Positions 8,647 through 17,441 of a stretch of 32,000 nucleotides of DNA are shown here, one piece after another; positions within the stretch are counted from its first letter, which is position 1; every line of letters begins with the position of its first letter. Below the pieces are notes generated by a model. It had not been told where the DNA came from. It made no database searches and saw nothing but the letters and a program-made list of their open reading frames with translations. A program made the translations under genes and the position numbers. Origin of the DNA: Candidatus Jordarchaeales archaeon (GTDB taxonomy: Archaea > Asgardarchaeota > Jordiarchaeia > Jordiarchaeales > Freyrarchaeaceae); contig JAWCFL010000009.1 of NCBI GenBank assembly GCA_038858525.1, positions 19,937 to 51,936 of the forward strand. Reading direction: 5' to 3'.

Positions 8647-9660
8647 TTGATCAAGACTCCCCTGTGTGAAATGCTAGGTATAAAGCACCCCATAATTCAG
8701 GCCCCAATGGGGCCTTTCTACACGACGAAGCTTGCAGCGGCGGTAACCAAAGCAGGCGCCCTAGGAATAATTTCCCACACAAACCTCTTCGGCGTAGACC
8801 CAGTAAAGGATATGGAGAAGAACATCCTTGAGGTCAAAGAGAACTGTGACGGGCCATTCGGCGTCAACGTGAGGGTTGCGAGAATTCAGGTCGACGCACC
8901 TGCAATATTGGAGAAAATAGTTGAATTACGCGCCAAAGACCCTGAATTGAAAGAAAGGCTGAAACTGGTGATTACGTCCGCGGGGAACCCTGAGCCTCCA
9001 GCAAAGTTCCTTAAGCAGAAGGACCCCGACCTGATACACTTCCACGTTGCTCCGACACTATACCATGCCATGAAGGTTGACAAGCTGTGCGACGGCATCA
9101 TCGCCACGGGATATGAGGGAGGAGGACACCAGAGCTACGAGGGCGTAACGACAATGGTCCTTATCCCGGAGGTGGTTAACAACTGCAGTAAGCCAGTCGT
9201 CGCATGTGGAGGAATAAGTGACGGTAAGGGACTGGCGGCAGCGCTAGCCATGGGCGCAGTCGGTGTCCAGATGGGAACACGTTTCATCGCCACGAAGGAG
9301 TGCGAGTTCCACCCCGCCTACAAGGACTTCGTGGTACGCTCACAGGACAGAGACACTGTAGTCACGACGGGCGCCTTCGGCCCAATAAGGCTCCTCAAGA
9401 ACAAGTATGCCATGGAGCACCCGCGAGTTATGACTAAGGAGGAAATGATGGCTAAGGAGGCGCAGCTAACGCCCCAAGAAATAGCGGAAGATATGAAGAA
9501 ATACGAGCTGGTCTACAAGGGGGACATAGATAACGGCCCGGTTCTATGCGGCCAGTCGTGCGGGAACATAAAGAACATCCCGACAGTGAAGGAAGTTATA
9601 GAAGGCATAGTGAAGGAAGCCGAATCCATACTTAAAGGGCTACACAAATACGTAGCATAA
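8647..9660 (+). CDS. Nitronate monooxygenase / enoyl-reductase II (FabK) family FMN enzyme
   Basis: TPLCEMLGIKHPIIQAPMG, EGGGH (catalytic His), VACGGISDGKGLAAALAMGAVGVQMGTRF and CGQS. Confidence 0.9.
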   Translation: MIKTPLCEMLGIKHPIIQAPMGPFYTTKLAAAVTKAGALGIISHTNLFGVDPVKDMEKNILEVKENCDGPFGVNVRVARIQVDAPAILEKIVELRAKDPELKERLKLVITSAGNPEPPAKFLKQKDPDLIHFHVAPTLYHAMKVDKLCDGIIATGYEGGGHQSYEGVTTMVLIPEVVNNCSKPVVACGGISDGKGLAAALAMGAVGVQMGTRFIATKECEFHPAYKDFVVRSQDRDTVVTTGAFGPIRLLKNKYAMEHPRVMTKEEMMAKEAQLTPQEIAEDMKKYELVYKGDIDNGPVLCGQSCGNIKNIPTVKEVIEGIVKEAESILKGLHKYVA

Positions 9661-9758
9661 TCCTTCCATTTTTTTCCTATGAATTTTTCCCCATGAAGTC
9701 CGAGCTTCTGTCATTGTTCATGCCGAAATATTTTTTTCTCAACATAAATTTTCTTCAA

Positions 9759-10265
9759 ATGGTGTGGCTTGTGGACGCGTGCGAGTTAACTCTTAAAGCT
9801 CTTGGCAGTATAAATTCACAAAGGGTTTTAGAGGCACTTGCACTGTGGGGAAACTTGAACGTTAAAGAGCTCTCTGATAAAGCCTCAATTAGCGAGGGGT
9901 CAGCTGTAAAGTCGCTCGAGGAACTTTCAGCGGCGGGTCTTGTGGAGAGCGACGGGAATGGCAGATTCCGCCTGGCGGGTAATAGGCGGGCGGAGCTGCT
10001 CAAGTCCTTCTATGTTGAAACAGCCACCCAACACATGGAAGGCAACATCGCCAAGCTGCTCTCTAGGGCGGAGGAGCTGGGGGAAAGATTCCCGGAAGAA
10101 GTAGAAAGGCTCATAAAAAGGTACTACCCGGTTTTAAAGGAAAACTTCTACTGGTCTATGGTGACGCTGATCGAACTAGCTGAGAAGTATAAGAAGGAAA
10201 AGGACGAAAAGCGCCGCGCCACCGTAGTGAAATCCCGAGACGCAGATGTGCGCGGTGCAATTTGA
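9759..10265 (+). CDS. Winged helix-turn-helix protein (ArsR/TrmB-like N-terminus)
   Basis: RVLEALALWGNLNVKELSDKASISEGSAVKSLEELSAAGLVE. The first 22 codons of the track ORF are T-rich terminator/promoter sequence, so ATG 9759 or GTG 9771 is preferred. Confidence 0.7.
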   Translation: MVWLVDACELTLKALGSINSQRVLEALALWGNLNVKELSDKASISEGSAVKSLEELSAAGLVESDGNGRFRLAGNRRAELLKSFYVETATQHMEGNIAKLLSRAEELGERFPEEVERLIKRYYPVLKENFYWSMVTLIELAEKYKKEKDEKRRATVVKSRDADVRGAI

Positions 10266-10402
10266 GGGCAATATTTTGTGTTGTCGCACCGATCATCTGT
10301 TTCAGCTCAATTAAATCTGGCACGGTGAAGCCGGTTAGTTTTAAATAAGCCGACTCTCTCATGTTTAAGGTGAGTTAACTGATTTTTCCTTTTTTTGGGG
10401 GA

Positions 10403-11251
10403 GTGTGTCTGTATCAGCGTTTCTTGACCCGTGGATTCAAGCCCTTTGATCCGTTAGATTTGGCAAGGGAAACAGAGAAGATAGTTACTAAGGAGGGGGA
10501 GGATGGTGTTGAGAGGAAATATGTGGCCTTTTACTCCGCCCCAGTTTATAGGGGGATAGCCACGGGATACGCCGTCGGATGCTGTCTCAGGTGTATTTAT
10601 TGTTGGAGTAACTGGTCGAGGGATTTTCCTGAGAAGTTCGGGGACTTCTACTCTCCTCGGGAGGCTGCACAGAGGCTTGTCGAGGCCGCCAGGGAGGGAA
10701 TTACTTCTCCAGGGTGGGAGCGCTTTAGGCACCTTAAAGTTAACAAGCTTAGGGTTTCGGGTTGCGAGCCCACTATAGGTAAAGACCACCTTGTCGCCTT
10801 GCTAGGGCACGTTAAGGAGTTTGGCTACCCGTTTTATCTCGAAACGAATGGCATACTGTTGGGAGCCGACAGGGATTACGTTAAGCGGATCGCGGAGTTT
10901 TCGGATATGCTCTATGTCAGGGTCTCGTTTAAGGCGGCAACGCCGGAAGGCTTCACATCTAGGACGGGGGCAATCGGAGAATATTACGAGCTTCCATTTA
11001 GAGCATTAAGGTATCTTCTCGATGAGGGTGTCTATGCTAGGGCGGCGGCGATGACTGACCCGAGGGTTATGCCTCCGGAAGAGAGAAACCTTCTGATCTC
11101 GATGCTGGACGAGATAGACCCGGCTGCAGACTACCCCCGGACACTAGAGGAGGAAGTAATTGATATGTACGAAACTACGATTATGAGGCTTAAAGCGTTC
11201 ACGGACGAGAAGTTTGCAAGGAAGCTTGAGGAGGAGCTCAGCCGTGAGTGA
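10403..11251 (+). CDS. Radical SAM protein, uncharacterised archaeal family
   Basis: GCCLRCIYCWS (CX3CX2C), RVSGCEP (GGE-like motif) and LETNG. Confidence 0.88.
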   Translation: MCLYQRFLTRGFKPFDPLDLARETEKIVTKEGEDGVERKYVAFYSAPVYRGIATGYAVGCCLRCIYCWSNWSRDFPEKFGDFYSPREAAQRLVEAAREGITSPGWERFRHLKVNKLRVSGCEPTIGKDHLVALLGHVKEFGYPFYLETNGILLGADRDYVKRIAEFSDMLYVRVSFKAATPEGFTSRTGAIGEYYELPFRALRYLLDEGVYARAAAMTDPRVMPPEERNLLISMLDEIDPAADYPRTLEEEVIDMYETTIMRLKAFTDEKFARKLEEELSRE

Positions 11252-12257
11252 GCTGTGTCCTCCAAGCCCCTTTTCGGGCGGAATACTGCTGTCATACAAG
11301 TGTAACGTTAGTTGCAGGCACTGTATGTACGCCTGCTCCCCAAAGTGGAAGGGCGACTGGATTTCGGAGGAGGATGCTTTAAGAGTCCTGTCTCAGCTCG
11401 CCGAGGAAATCAGGGGGAAGTATTCTAACCCTGAAGCGGTAGGGATCAATTACGGCTTCCACTTCACGGGTGGAGAGCCGTTTCTGAAGTTTGACCTTCT
11501 CCTTGAACTGGTTGAAGCCTCATCCAAGCTAGGTTTACCATCGACGTTCGTCGAGACGAACTGCTTTTGGTGCAGGAGTGATGAAGCAACTATGAGAAAG
11601 ATGGAGGAGCTTAGAGAGGCGGGGCTGAAGGGGATACTGGTTAGCGTGAACCCATTCATAGTGGAATCGGTGCCATTCGAAAGGACGGAGAGGGCGGTCA
11701 GAATAGGTTTGGAAGTCTTCGACAGAAACGTGATCATTTACCAGAAACTGTTCTTCGAGCTTTTTAGGGGTATGGGACTAAAGGGCACCATTAGCTTCGA
11801 GAACTTTCTCGAAGAGGCGGGCGGCGTCCTTCGCTACGCCGAGCTGATACCTGCGGGAAGAGCACCCTACAAGCTAGGATACCTCTACGCTAGGCATCCT
11901 GCAAGACGCTTCTTCGGCTCTTCATGCGAGCAGGAACTTCTAAGAGACTGGCACATTCACATAGACAACTACTGCAATTACATCCCGGGTTACTGTGCGG
12001 GTATATCCCTCGGAGACGCGCGGAACATTAAGGAGGTTTGCCGCCCCTCCAGCCTAAAGAAGCGCCCAATAGTGAGGGCGCTGCTTTCAGACCTGGGAAA
12101 GCTTTACGAGGTGGGCAGGGAGCACGGCTACGAGGAACCGGAGGAAGGATACGTCTCCAAGTGCCACTTATGCCTAGACCTCAGAAGGCACTTGGCGAGT
12201 AGCGGGGAATTCCAAGAACTTAAACCGGCAGAGTTCTACGAGCACCTAGAAGACTAA
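11244..12257 (+). CDS. Radical SAM protein with additional C-terminal Cys
   Basis: KCNVSCRHC, FTGGEPF, VETNCFW and C-terminal YCNYIPGYC...KCHLC. GTG 11244 overlaps the previous stop. Confidence 0.88.
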   Translation: MSELCPPSPFSGGILLSYKCNVSCRHCMYACSPKWKGDWISEEDALRVLSQLAEEIRGKYSNPEAVGINYGFHFTGGEPFLKFDLLLELVEASSKLGLPSTFVETNCFWCRSDEATMRKMEELREAGLKGILVSVNPFIVESVPFERTERAVRIGLEVFDRNVIIYQKLFFELFRGMGLKGTISFENFLEEAGGVLRYAELIPAGRAPYKLGYLYARHPARRFFGSSCEQELLRDWHIHIDNYCNYIPGYCAGISLGDARNIKEVCRPSSLKKRPIVRALLSDLGKLYEVGREHGYEEPEEGYVSKCHLCLDLRRHLASSGEFQELKPAEFYEHLED

Positions 12258-12348
12258 CCTGAAATCATCAGCGTTCAGCTTATAGCTTAAAGCACTCGCA
12301 TCAGGCATTGATAGGAATCCTTTATTAATATTAGAGAGACCAGTATAT

Positions 12349-12864
12349 TTGAAGGTGCACAGGTTGAATAAAAGTGACGTGAAGTCTGAGGTTGCCATTT
12401 TTGCTGGAGGGAACTTCCAGCACATGATAGAGGTCTTCTCTGAGGTTCCCGGCGTCCTAGAAGTTATTTCGGGGTACACGGGTGGCTGGAAGCATAACCC
12501 AACATATGAGGAGGTCGCGACAGGTGAGACGGGCCACTTCGAGGCCGTAATGATAATTTATGATCCATCCAGAATATCGTATGAGGGGCTCCTCGAAATC
12601 TTCTGGAGAAGTATAGACTTCATGGATGCAGGTGGGCAGTTCGCTGATCGAGGCACGCAGTACCGCACAGCGATATTCTACATGAACGAGGATCAGAGGA
12701 TTCGGGCGACAGCCTCTAAGAAAAAGATTGAAAAGGCGTTGAACGCCTCAAACATGGTGGCGACGCTGATACTTAAAGCGTCGAAGTTTTATAAGGCTGA
12801 GCGAATCCATCAGCTTACTGCAAGAAAAAAGGTCCAAAATGAGGCCACGCCTGGCTCCGTCTGA
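12349..12864 (+). CDS. MsrA-fold protein lacking all cysteines (pseudo-enzyme or decaying msrA)
   Basis: SGYTGG, NPTYEEV, GHFEAV, GGQFADRGTQYRTAIFY match MsrA, but the GGCFW motif reads GGNFQ. Confidence 0.85.
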   Translation: MKVHRLNKSDVKSEVAIFAGGNFQHMIEVFSEVPGVLEVISGYTGGWKHNPTYEEVATGETGHFEAVMIIYDPSRISYEGLLEIFWRSIDFMDAGGQFADRGTQYRTAIFYMNEDQRIRATASKKKIEKALNASNMVATLILKASKFYKAERIHQLTARKKVQNEATPGSV

Positions 12865-12913
12865 GCTTGTTACGTTGCCGTATACAAACAATTTACTTTT
12901 ATCCGCCTTAGGA

Positions 12914-13046
12914 CCCCTGGGAGCTTGATACTTTTTAACTCCGTCAGGGGGCTTCTTTGCAGGTCTGCATCCCTTTCAAGTCAAGAACTAGCCTTTTGGG
13001 TGCATCGCTGAAAGTTTAAATGCTACGCTAATAACTGGGCGTAGCA
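12914..13046. other. Cluster of inverted repeats in a convergent intergenic region
   Basis: CCCCTG-GGAG...CTCC-GT-CAGGGG (12914-12950), TGCAG-gt-CTGCA (12958-12969) and TGCTACGC-N10-GCGTAGCA (13021-13046). Confidence 0.5.
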
Positions 13047-13134
13047 AAATCAGGGCTTGTTGCGTTTCGAAGCGTCTTTCGTTCTTTGAGAAATGCAGGA
13101 GGTCTGCCTTTTACCGGGAGTGGAAGCGTATATT

Positions 13135-14589
13135 CTAATCTTTTTTAGTTTCTTCGGGTTCCAGGTGGACGTTCACTTCCTCAACGTTCAGTATTCTTTT
13201 TCTTACTTCGTTTTCGGCTTCCGCAGCCAGCCTGTGTGCTTCATCTATAGAAGTGGAGCCGTTAAGTATACAGTTGACGTAGATGCTAAGTCTCCCATCC
13301 ACCTCTCTTACCGTTACTTTACGGCACCTCCCCTCTCCGACCACGGACTCCACGGCCTCTTTAACTTTGAGGCTTGAAGTCTCCCCTGTGATATCTTTGG
13401 AGTTAGTGGTTTCTCTTCTAGACGGCTCTATGTGTACATTCACTTCCTTAACTCCTTCGATACATGCCTGTACTTTTTCCTCCAGTTCGTCTGCCACCTT
13501 GTGCGCTTCATTGAGGCTCATCCATGATGGGACCTCTAAATGCAGGTCTACGCTAAGCGCTCCATTCAATTTGTGGACGTGAACGTCGTGAACTTCGAAG
13601 CCGCTTGAGAGCGCAATCCCCCTAGTCCTCTCGGCAACGTCTCCCTCAACCTCTGCGGGCTCCACGTGAACCATGACGTCCGCCTTTGGCAACATGCTCC
13701 GTATTTTGCTTTCAACTTCTGATGCTACCTCATGGGTTTTCGCGAGGGGGCATGACGGATCAACGGTTATTACGACATCCACGAAGTATGCTGACCCAGT
13801 TGACCTGACCCTAATCCTCCTGCACTCTTTAACCATGCTCACGCTCCAAACAGCGTTCTCTACGAGTTCACGTGCCCTTGCGGGGGCTCTATCTAAGAGG
13901 ACGTCTACCGCCCTCCTTCCAAGCCTGAAACCGGTGAGGAATATTATGAGGGAAACGAGGAGCGCGGCGACGGAGTCAGCGTGGCGCAGCGGGCTTGCGC
14001 TGACCATCTTCATCAACGGATAAAGCATGGTGTACTCGAAGTACCTTAAGGGGACGCCTAACCATTTTTCGGAGAGCCAAACCAGAGCTAAGCCAATGAT
14101 CACCACCGAGGAGCTCAGCATGTCTGTGCTAAAATGGAGTGCATCAGCCTCTAACGCTTGGCTACTATACTTTCTAGCTGCTCTGTAGAGGACACGGGAA
14201 CGCGAGAAGTCAACGAAGATGGAAACAGCCATGACGAAGAAAGCCCACAAGCTTGCCTCAACCATCACTTCGTCCGAGAGAATTCTGCTAACCGCCTCGT
14301 GAATTATCCATCCACAAGCGATGAAGAGAAAGGCTATCTCGACCAGAGCAGAGAGACTTTCGATCTTGCCGTGCCCATAATGGTGGTCGACGTCAGCAGG
14401 CCTACCCGCAGCCCTGACGGCGAAGAACGTGACAGCTGCAGCTGCCAAGTCCAGTCCTGAGTGTAAGGCTTCAGAGAGCACACCTAAGCTACCTGAAGCC
14501 CACCCAACGACAAGCTTCAAGGTGACTAGAAAAACTGCAGCCGCAACGGAGCTAAAAGCAGCAGTCACCGCCCCTCTTCTCTCTTCCAT
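13135..14589 (-). CDS. Cation diffusion facilitator (CDF) transporter with three tandem C-terminal ZT_dimer domains
   Basis: SEALHSGLD, HHYGHGKIE and ADALHFSTD motifs; three repeats each ending in VH[VIL]EP. ATG 14589 preferred over 14649. Confidence 0.92.
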   Translation of the reverse strand: MEERRGAVTAAFSSVAAAVFLVTLKLVVGWASGSLGVLSEALHSGLDLAAAAVTFFAVRAAGRPADVDHHYGHGKIESLSALVEIAFLFIACGWIIHEAVSRILSDEVMVEASLWAFFVMAVSIFVDFSRSRVLYRAARKYSSQALEADALHFSTDMLSSSVVIIGLALVWLSEKWLGVPLRYFEYTMLYPLMKMVSASPLRHADSVAALLVSLIIFLTGFRLGRRAVDVLLDRAPARARELVENAVWSVSMVKECRRIRVRSTGSAYFVDVVITVDPSCPLAKTHEVASEVESKIRSMLPKADVMVHVEPAEVEGDVAERTRGIALSSGFEVHDVHVHKLNGALSVDLHLEVPSWMSLNEAHKVADELEEKVQACIEGVKEVNVHIEPSRRETTNSKDITGETSSLKVKEAVESVVGEGRCRKVTVREVDGRLSIYVNCILNGSTSIDEAHRLAAEAENEVRKRILNVEEVNVHLEPEETKKD

Positions 14590-14898
14590 AAAGAGACCCT
14601 TAGTAACACAGAAAAATTCTCCCTTTAAATTTTCCTCGTATATGTGCAACCAGCTGTTCGTCTACTAGGACGCGAAACACATGTCTCTCGTATTCTAAGG
14701 CTTCATAACTTCTATCAATGGATACGTTTTTATACGTGTTTCTCCATTCTTCGCTTGACGTCCATGCTTGATTTACTTCGCGGGCGGACGTTAAAGGTTT
14801 GATTGTGAATCCTACTTGTAGGAGGAGCTGGGCTCTTAGAGTGGTGTGATGTTGCCCTCGTATTTGATGAGTCCTCCTAAGGCTTGGTGGTGTCCTTG

Positions 14899-15702
14899 AT
14901 GGAGAAGGTGGACTTTTCAGTTCTTGCTGAGAAATATGAGGAGATGGCTTTTGCTCAGAAGACGGCCGCGGAGATCCTTCTGAGTCTCATGGACTTGAAG
15001 GGGTACGAGGATGTCTTGGATTTAGGGTGTGGCACGGGGATGCTGACTAGGCGGATAAGGGAGATGACCAGTGGGCGGGTTGTCGGCATCGACCCGTCGC
15101 TTGGAATGATAAAGGAAGCCATAGAGAAAAGTAGGGGGTTCAACATAATCTACGAAGTTAAGAGCGCTGAGGAAATGGACTACGACGAGGAGTTTGACGT
15201 AATCATCTGCAATTCGGTGATGCAGTGGTTTAGGGACCCTGATAAAGCTTTGGAGAACTGCTATAGAGCTCTGAGGCCGGGTGGGCGTATTGGCGTCCAA
15301 GCAACAGCTAAGAAGATTTATTGTCCGAACTTCGTTGAGGCGGTGGAGCGCGTGAGGAAAGACGAGAGAACGAGGAGTGTTTTTGCCCATTTCAGGGAGC
15401 CTTGGTTCTTCCTCGAGTCTGAGGAGGAATACGTCCTCTTTTTCGAGAGACACGGCTTCAAGGTAGTTTTCTCAGACATGCGGGCTCTTACAAGCGAGCA
15501 CACGCCTGATGAGGTCTTCAAAATATTCTCCTCAGGCGCCATGGCGGGCTACCTTAACCAAGACTACTACGACGTCCCCCTAACAGAGGATTACATATCC
15601 GCTTTCAACGAGATCGTGAAGGAAGAATTCAGGAAGCAGGCAGGCAGTGATGGAAAAGTGAAGCTAACGTTCAACAGAGTCTTCATAATAGCTGTAAAAT
15701 AG
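14899..15702 (+). CDS. Class I SAM-dependent methyltransferase (Tam/BioC-like)
   Basis: VLDLGCGTG, VVGIDPS, FDVIICNSVMQW and ALRPGG. The track ORF begins at TTG 14884. Confidence 0.88.
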   Translation: MEKVDFSVLAEKYEEMAFAQKTAAEILLSLMDLKGYEDVLDLGCGTGMLTRRIREMTSGRVVGIDPSLGMIKEAIEKSRGFNIIYEVKSAEEMDYDEEFDVIICNSVMQWFRDPDKALENCYRALRPGGRIGVQATAKKIYCPNFVEAVERVRKDERTRSVFAHFREPWFFLESEEEYVLFFERHGFKVVFSDMRALTSEHTPDEVFKIFSSGAMAGYLNQDYYDVPLTEDYISAFNEIVKEEFRKQAGSDGKVKLTFNRVFIIAVK

Positions 15703-15728
15703 TAGTCTACTTGCTCTTCCCGCCATTT

Positions 15729-15750
15729 TAACGTGTCAGTAACGTGTCAG
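15729..15750 (+). repeat. Perfect 11-bp tandem direct repeat TAACGTGTCAG x2 upstream of the cimA-ilv promoter
   Basis: Read directly at 15729-15739 and 15740-15750; GTGTCAG recurs at 15816-15822. Confidence 0.8.
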
Positions 15751-15764
15751 GTTTTGCGGGAGCA

Positions 15765-15780
15765 CGAAAGACTTATAAAT
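15765..15780 (+). promoter_or_regulatory. BRE/TATA of the cimA-ilvBNCD operon
   Basis: CGAAAG followed by TTATAAAT (15773-15780). Confidence 0.6.
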
Positions 15781-15828
15781 TATTCTTTCATCTAGTGTTG
15801 ACAATAGTCTAAAGGGTGTCAGAAGTGA

Positions 15829-17439
15829 GGGAGTGCCAAATCCAGGAGGGTCGAGATCTACGACGCTACGCTCCGCGAAGGGGCACAGGCATGCGAGGTT
15901 GCCTTCTCACTGCAGGACAAGCTGCGCGTGACTCTTAAGCTTGACGAGCTCGGCGTTCCCTTCATAGAAGGGGGTTGGCCTAGTTCTAATCCAAAAGACA
16001 AGGAGTATTTTAAAGCTCTAAGGGATGTTAGTCTATCTTACTCCAAAGTCACGGCTTTCGGTAGTACGAGGAGAAAGGGGATTCCGGCGTACAAGGATGA
16101 GGGGCTCCAATCCATAGTGGAGTCAGATGTCGAGTGGGCAACGATCTTTGGCAAGTCTTGGGATCTGCACGTGACGCATGTGCTAGGCGCTTCTCTCGAA
16201 GAGAACTTGGAGATGGTCGCGGACTCCATAGAGTATCTTGTGGGGCACGGGTTAAATGTGATATTCGACGCGGAACACTTCTACGATGGATTCAAGGCTA
16301 ACAAGGAGTACGCGTTAAAGGTGATCAAGACTGCCGCTGAAGCCGGTGCGTCCCGCGTGGTGCTCTGCGACACCAATGGGGGGACGTTGCCGTGGGAGTT
16401 TGTCGAGATAACACGCGAGGTGTTAAGAATGTTTGTCACGCCGCTCGGCGTCCACTGCCACAACGACTCCGGAATGGCTGTGGCCAATAGTCTCCTCGCG
16501 GTCGTCGAGGGTGTCTTCCAGGTTCAGGGGACGATCAACGGGATAGGTGAGAGGTGCGGTAACGCAGACCTCTGCCAAGTTATACCATCACTTGAGCTGA
16601 AGATGGGAGTGAAGTCGGTGTCGGGCCCGCTTAAAAAGATAAGCGAGGTTTCAAGTTACATCTACGAGTTGACGAATCTTAAGCCGAACCCATACCAGCC
16701 ATATGTTGGCAAGTATGCGTTCGCACATAAGGGCGGCGTCCACATAGACGCGGTGCTTAAGGTTGAGAGGAGCTACGAGCACGTTGACCCGGCGTCTGTG
16801 GGGAATATGAGGATCATAGCTCTCTCAGAGGTTGCTGGTAGAACAGCCATAGTCGCTAAGGCTAAGGAGCTTGGGTTCGAGCTTGACAGAAATTCGGAGG
16901 AAACATTGCGCCTCCTTAACCGCGTGAAGCAGCTTGAAAGCATGGGTTATCAGCTGGAGAACGCCAACGGGACCTTCTACATAATGTTGCTGGAGGAGCT
17001 CGGGTTAAAGATGGATTGGCTTAAGCTCATATCATGGAAGACGCTTGTTGAGGGGAAGAACGGCGAGGTCGTGTCGGAGAGCACCGTTAGGGTTAAGGTG
17101 GGCGACAGGGTTTTCCATGAGATATCGGAGGGAGATGGACCAGTTCATGCGCAGGACATGGCGATCAGGAAAGCGCTAGTAGAGTCTTACCCTGAAATCG
17201 AAAAGGTGCGCCTCATAAATTACAAGGTTACAACGGTCGACGTTCATCCGGGAATAGATGACAAGACGGGGACTGGCGCGACGGTCAGAGTATTCATCGA
17301 GTTCAGCGATGGGCAAGAGACGTGGGCGACAGTTGGAGTCTCACCCAACATACTGAAAGCCACAAAGGAAGCTCTCCTAGATGGATACTCTTACTACATA
17401 CATAGAACTCGCCTCAGCCATTCTCAGAGGAGGGTTTAG
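15829..17439 (+). CDS. cimA: Citramalate synthase (CimA type); 5' end anomalous
   Basis: VEIYDATLREGAQ, IEGGWPSSNPKD, FDAEHF, HCHND, GERCGN, AHKGGVH and a C-terminal regulatory domain. The reading frame is open from 15829 but the first canonical start is GTG 15928. Confidence 0.85.
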   Translation, partial: GSAKSRRVEIYDATLREGAQACEVAFSLQDKLRVTLKLDELGVPFIEGGWPSSNPKDKEYFKALRDVSLSYSKVTAFGSTRRKGIPAYKDEGLQSIVESDVEWATIFGKSWDLHVTHVLGASLEENLEMVADSIEYLVGHGLNVIFDAEHFYDGFKANKEYALKVIKTAAEAGASRVVLCDTNGGTLPWEFVEITREVLRMFVTPLGVHCHNDSGMAVANSLLAVVEGVFQVQGTINGIGERCGNADLCQVIPSLELKMGVKSVSGPLKKISEVSSYIYELTNLKPNPYQPYVGKYAFAHKGGVHIDAVLKVERSYEHVDPASVGNMRIIALSEVAGRTAIVAKAKELGFELDRNSEETLRLLNRVKQLESMGYQLENANGTFYIMLLEELGLKMDWLKLISWKTLVEGKNGEVVSESTVRVKVGDRVFHEISEGDGPVHAQDMAIRKALVESYPEIEKVRLINYKVTTVDVHPGIDDKTGTGATVRVFIEFSDGQETWATVGVSPNILKATKEALLDGYSYYIHRTRLSHSQRRV

Positions 17440-17441
17440 AA

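Noticed and set aside
12412-12414. Selenocysteine MsrA with the downstream hairpins as a SECIS element
   Set aside because: The active-site codon is AAC, not TGA.
14865-14929. C/D box sRNA (TGATGA...CTGA)
   Set aside because: The putative D' box leaves only about a 6-nt guide, the C' box is degenerate and the region overlaps the methyltransferase CDS.
15816-15938. Leu/Ile/Val attenuator leader peptide before cimA-ilv
   Set aside because: The 40-codon uORF has no run of branched-chain codons and no terminator hairpin follows.
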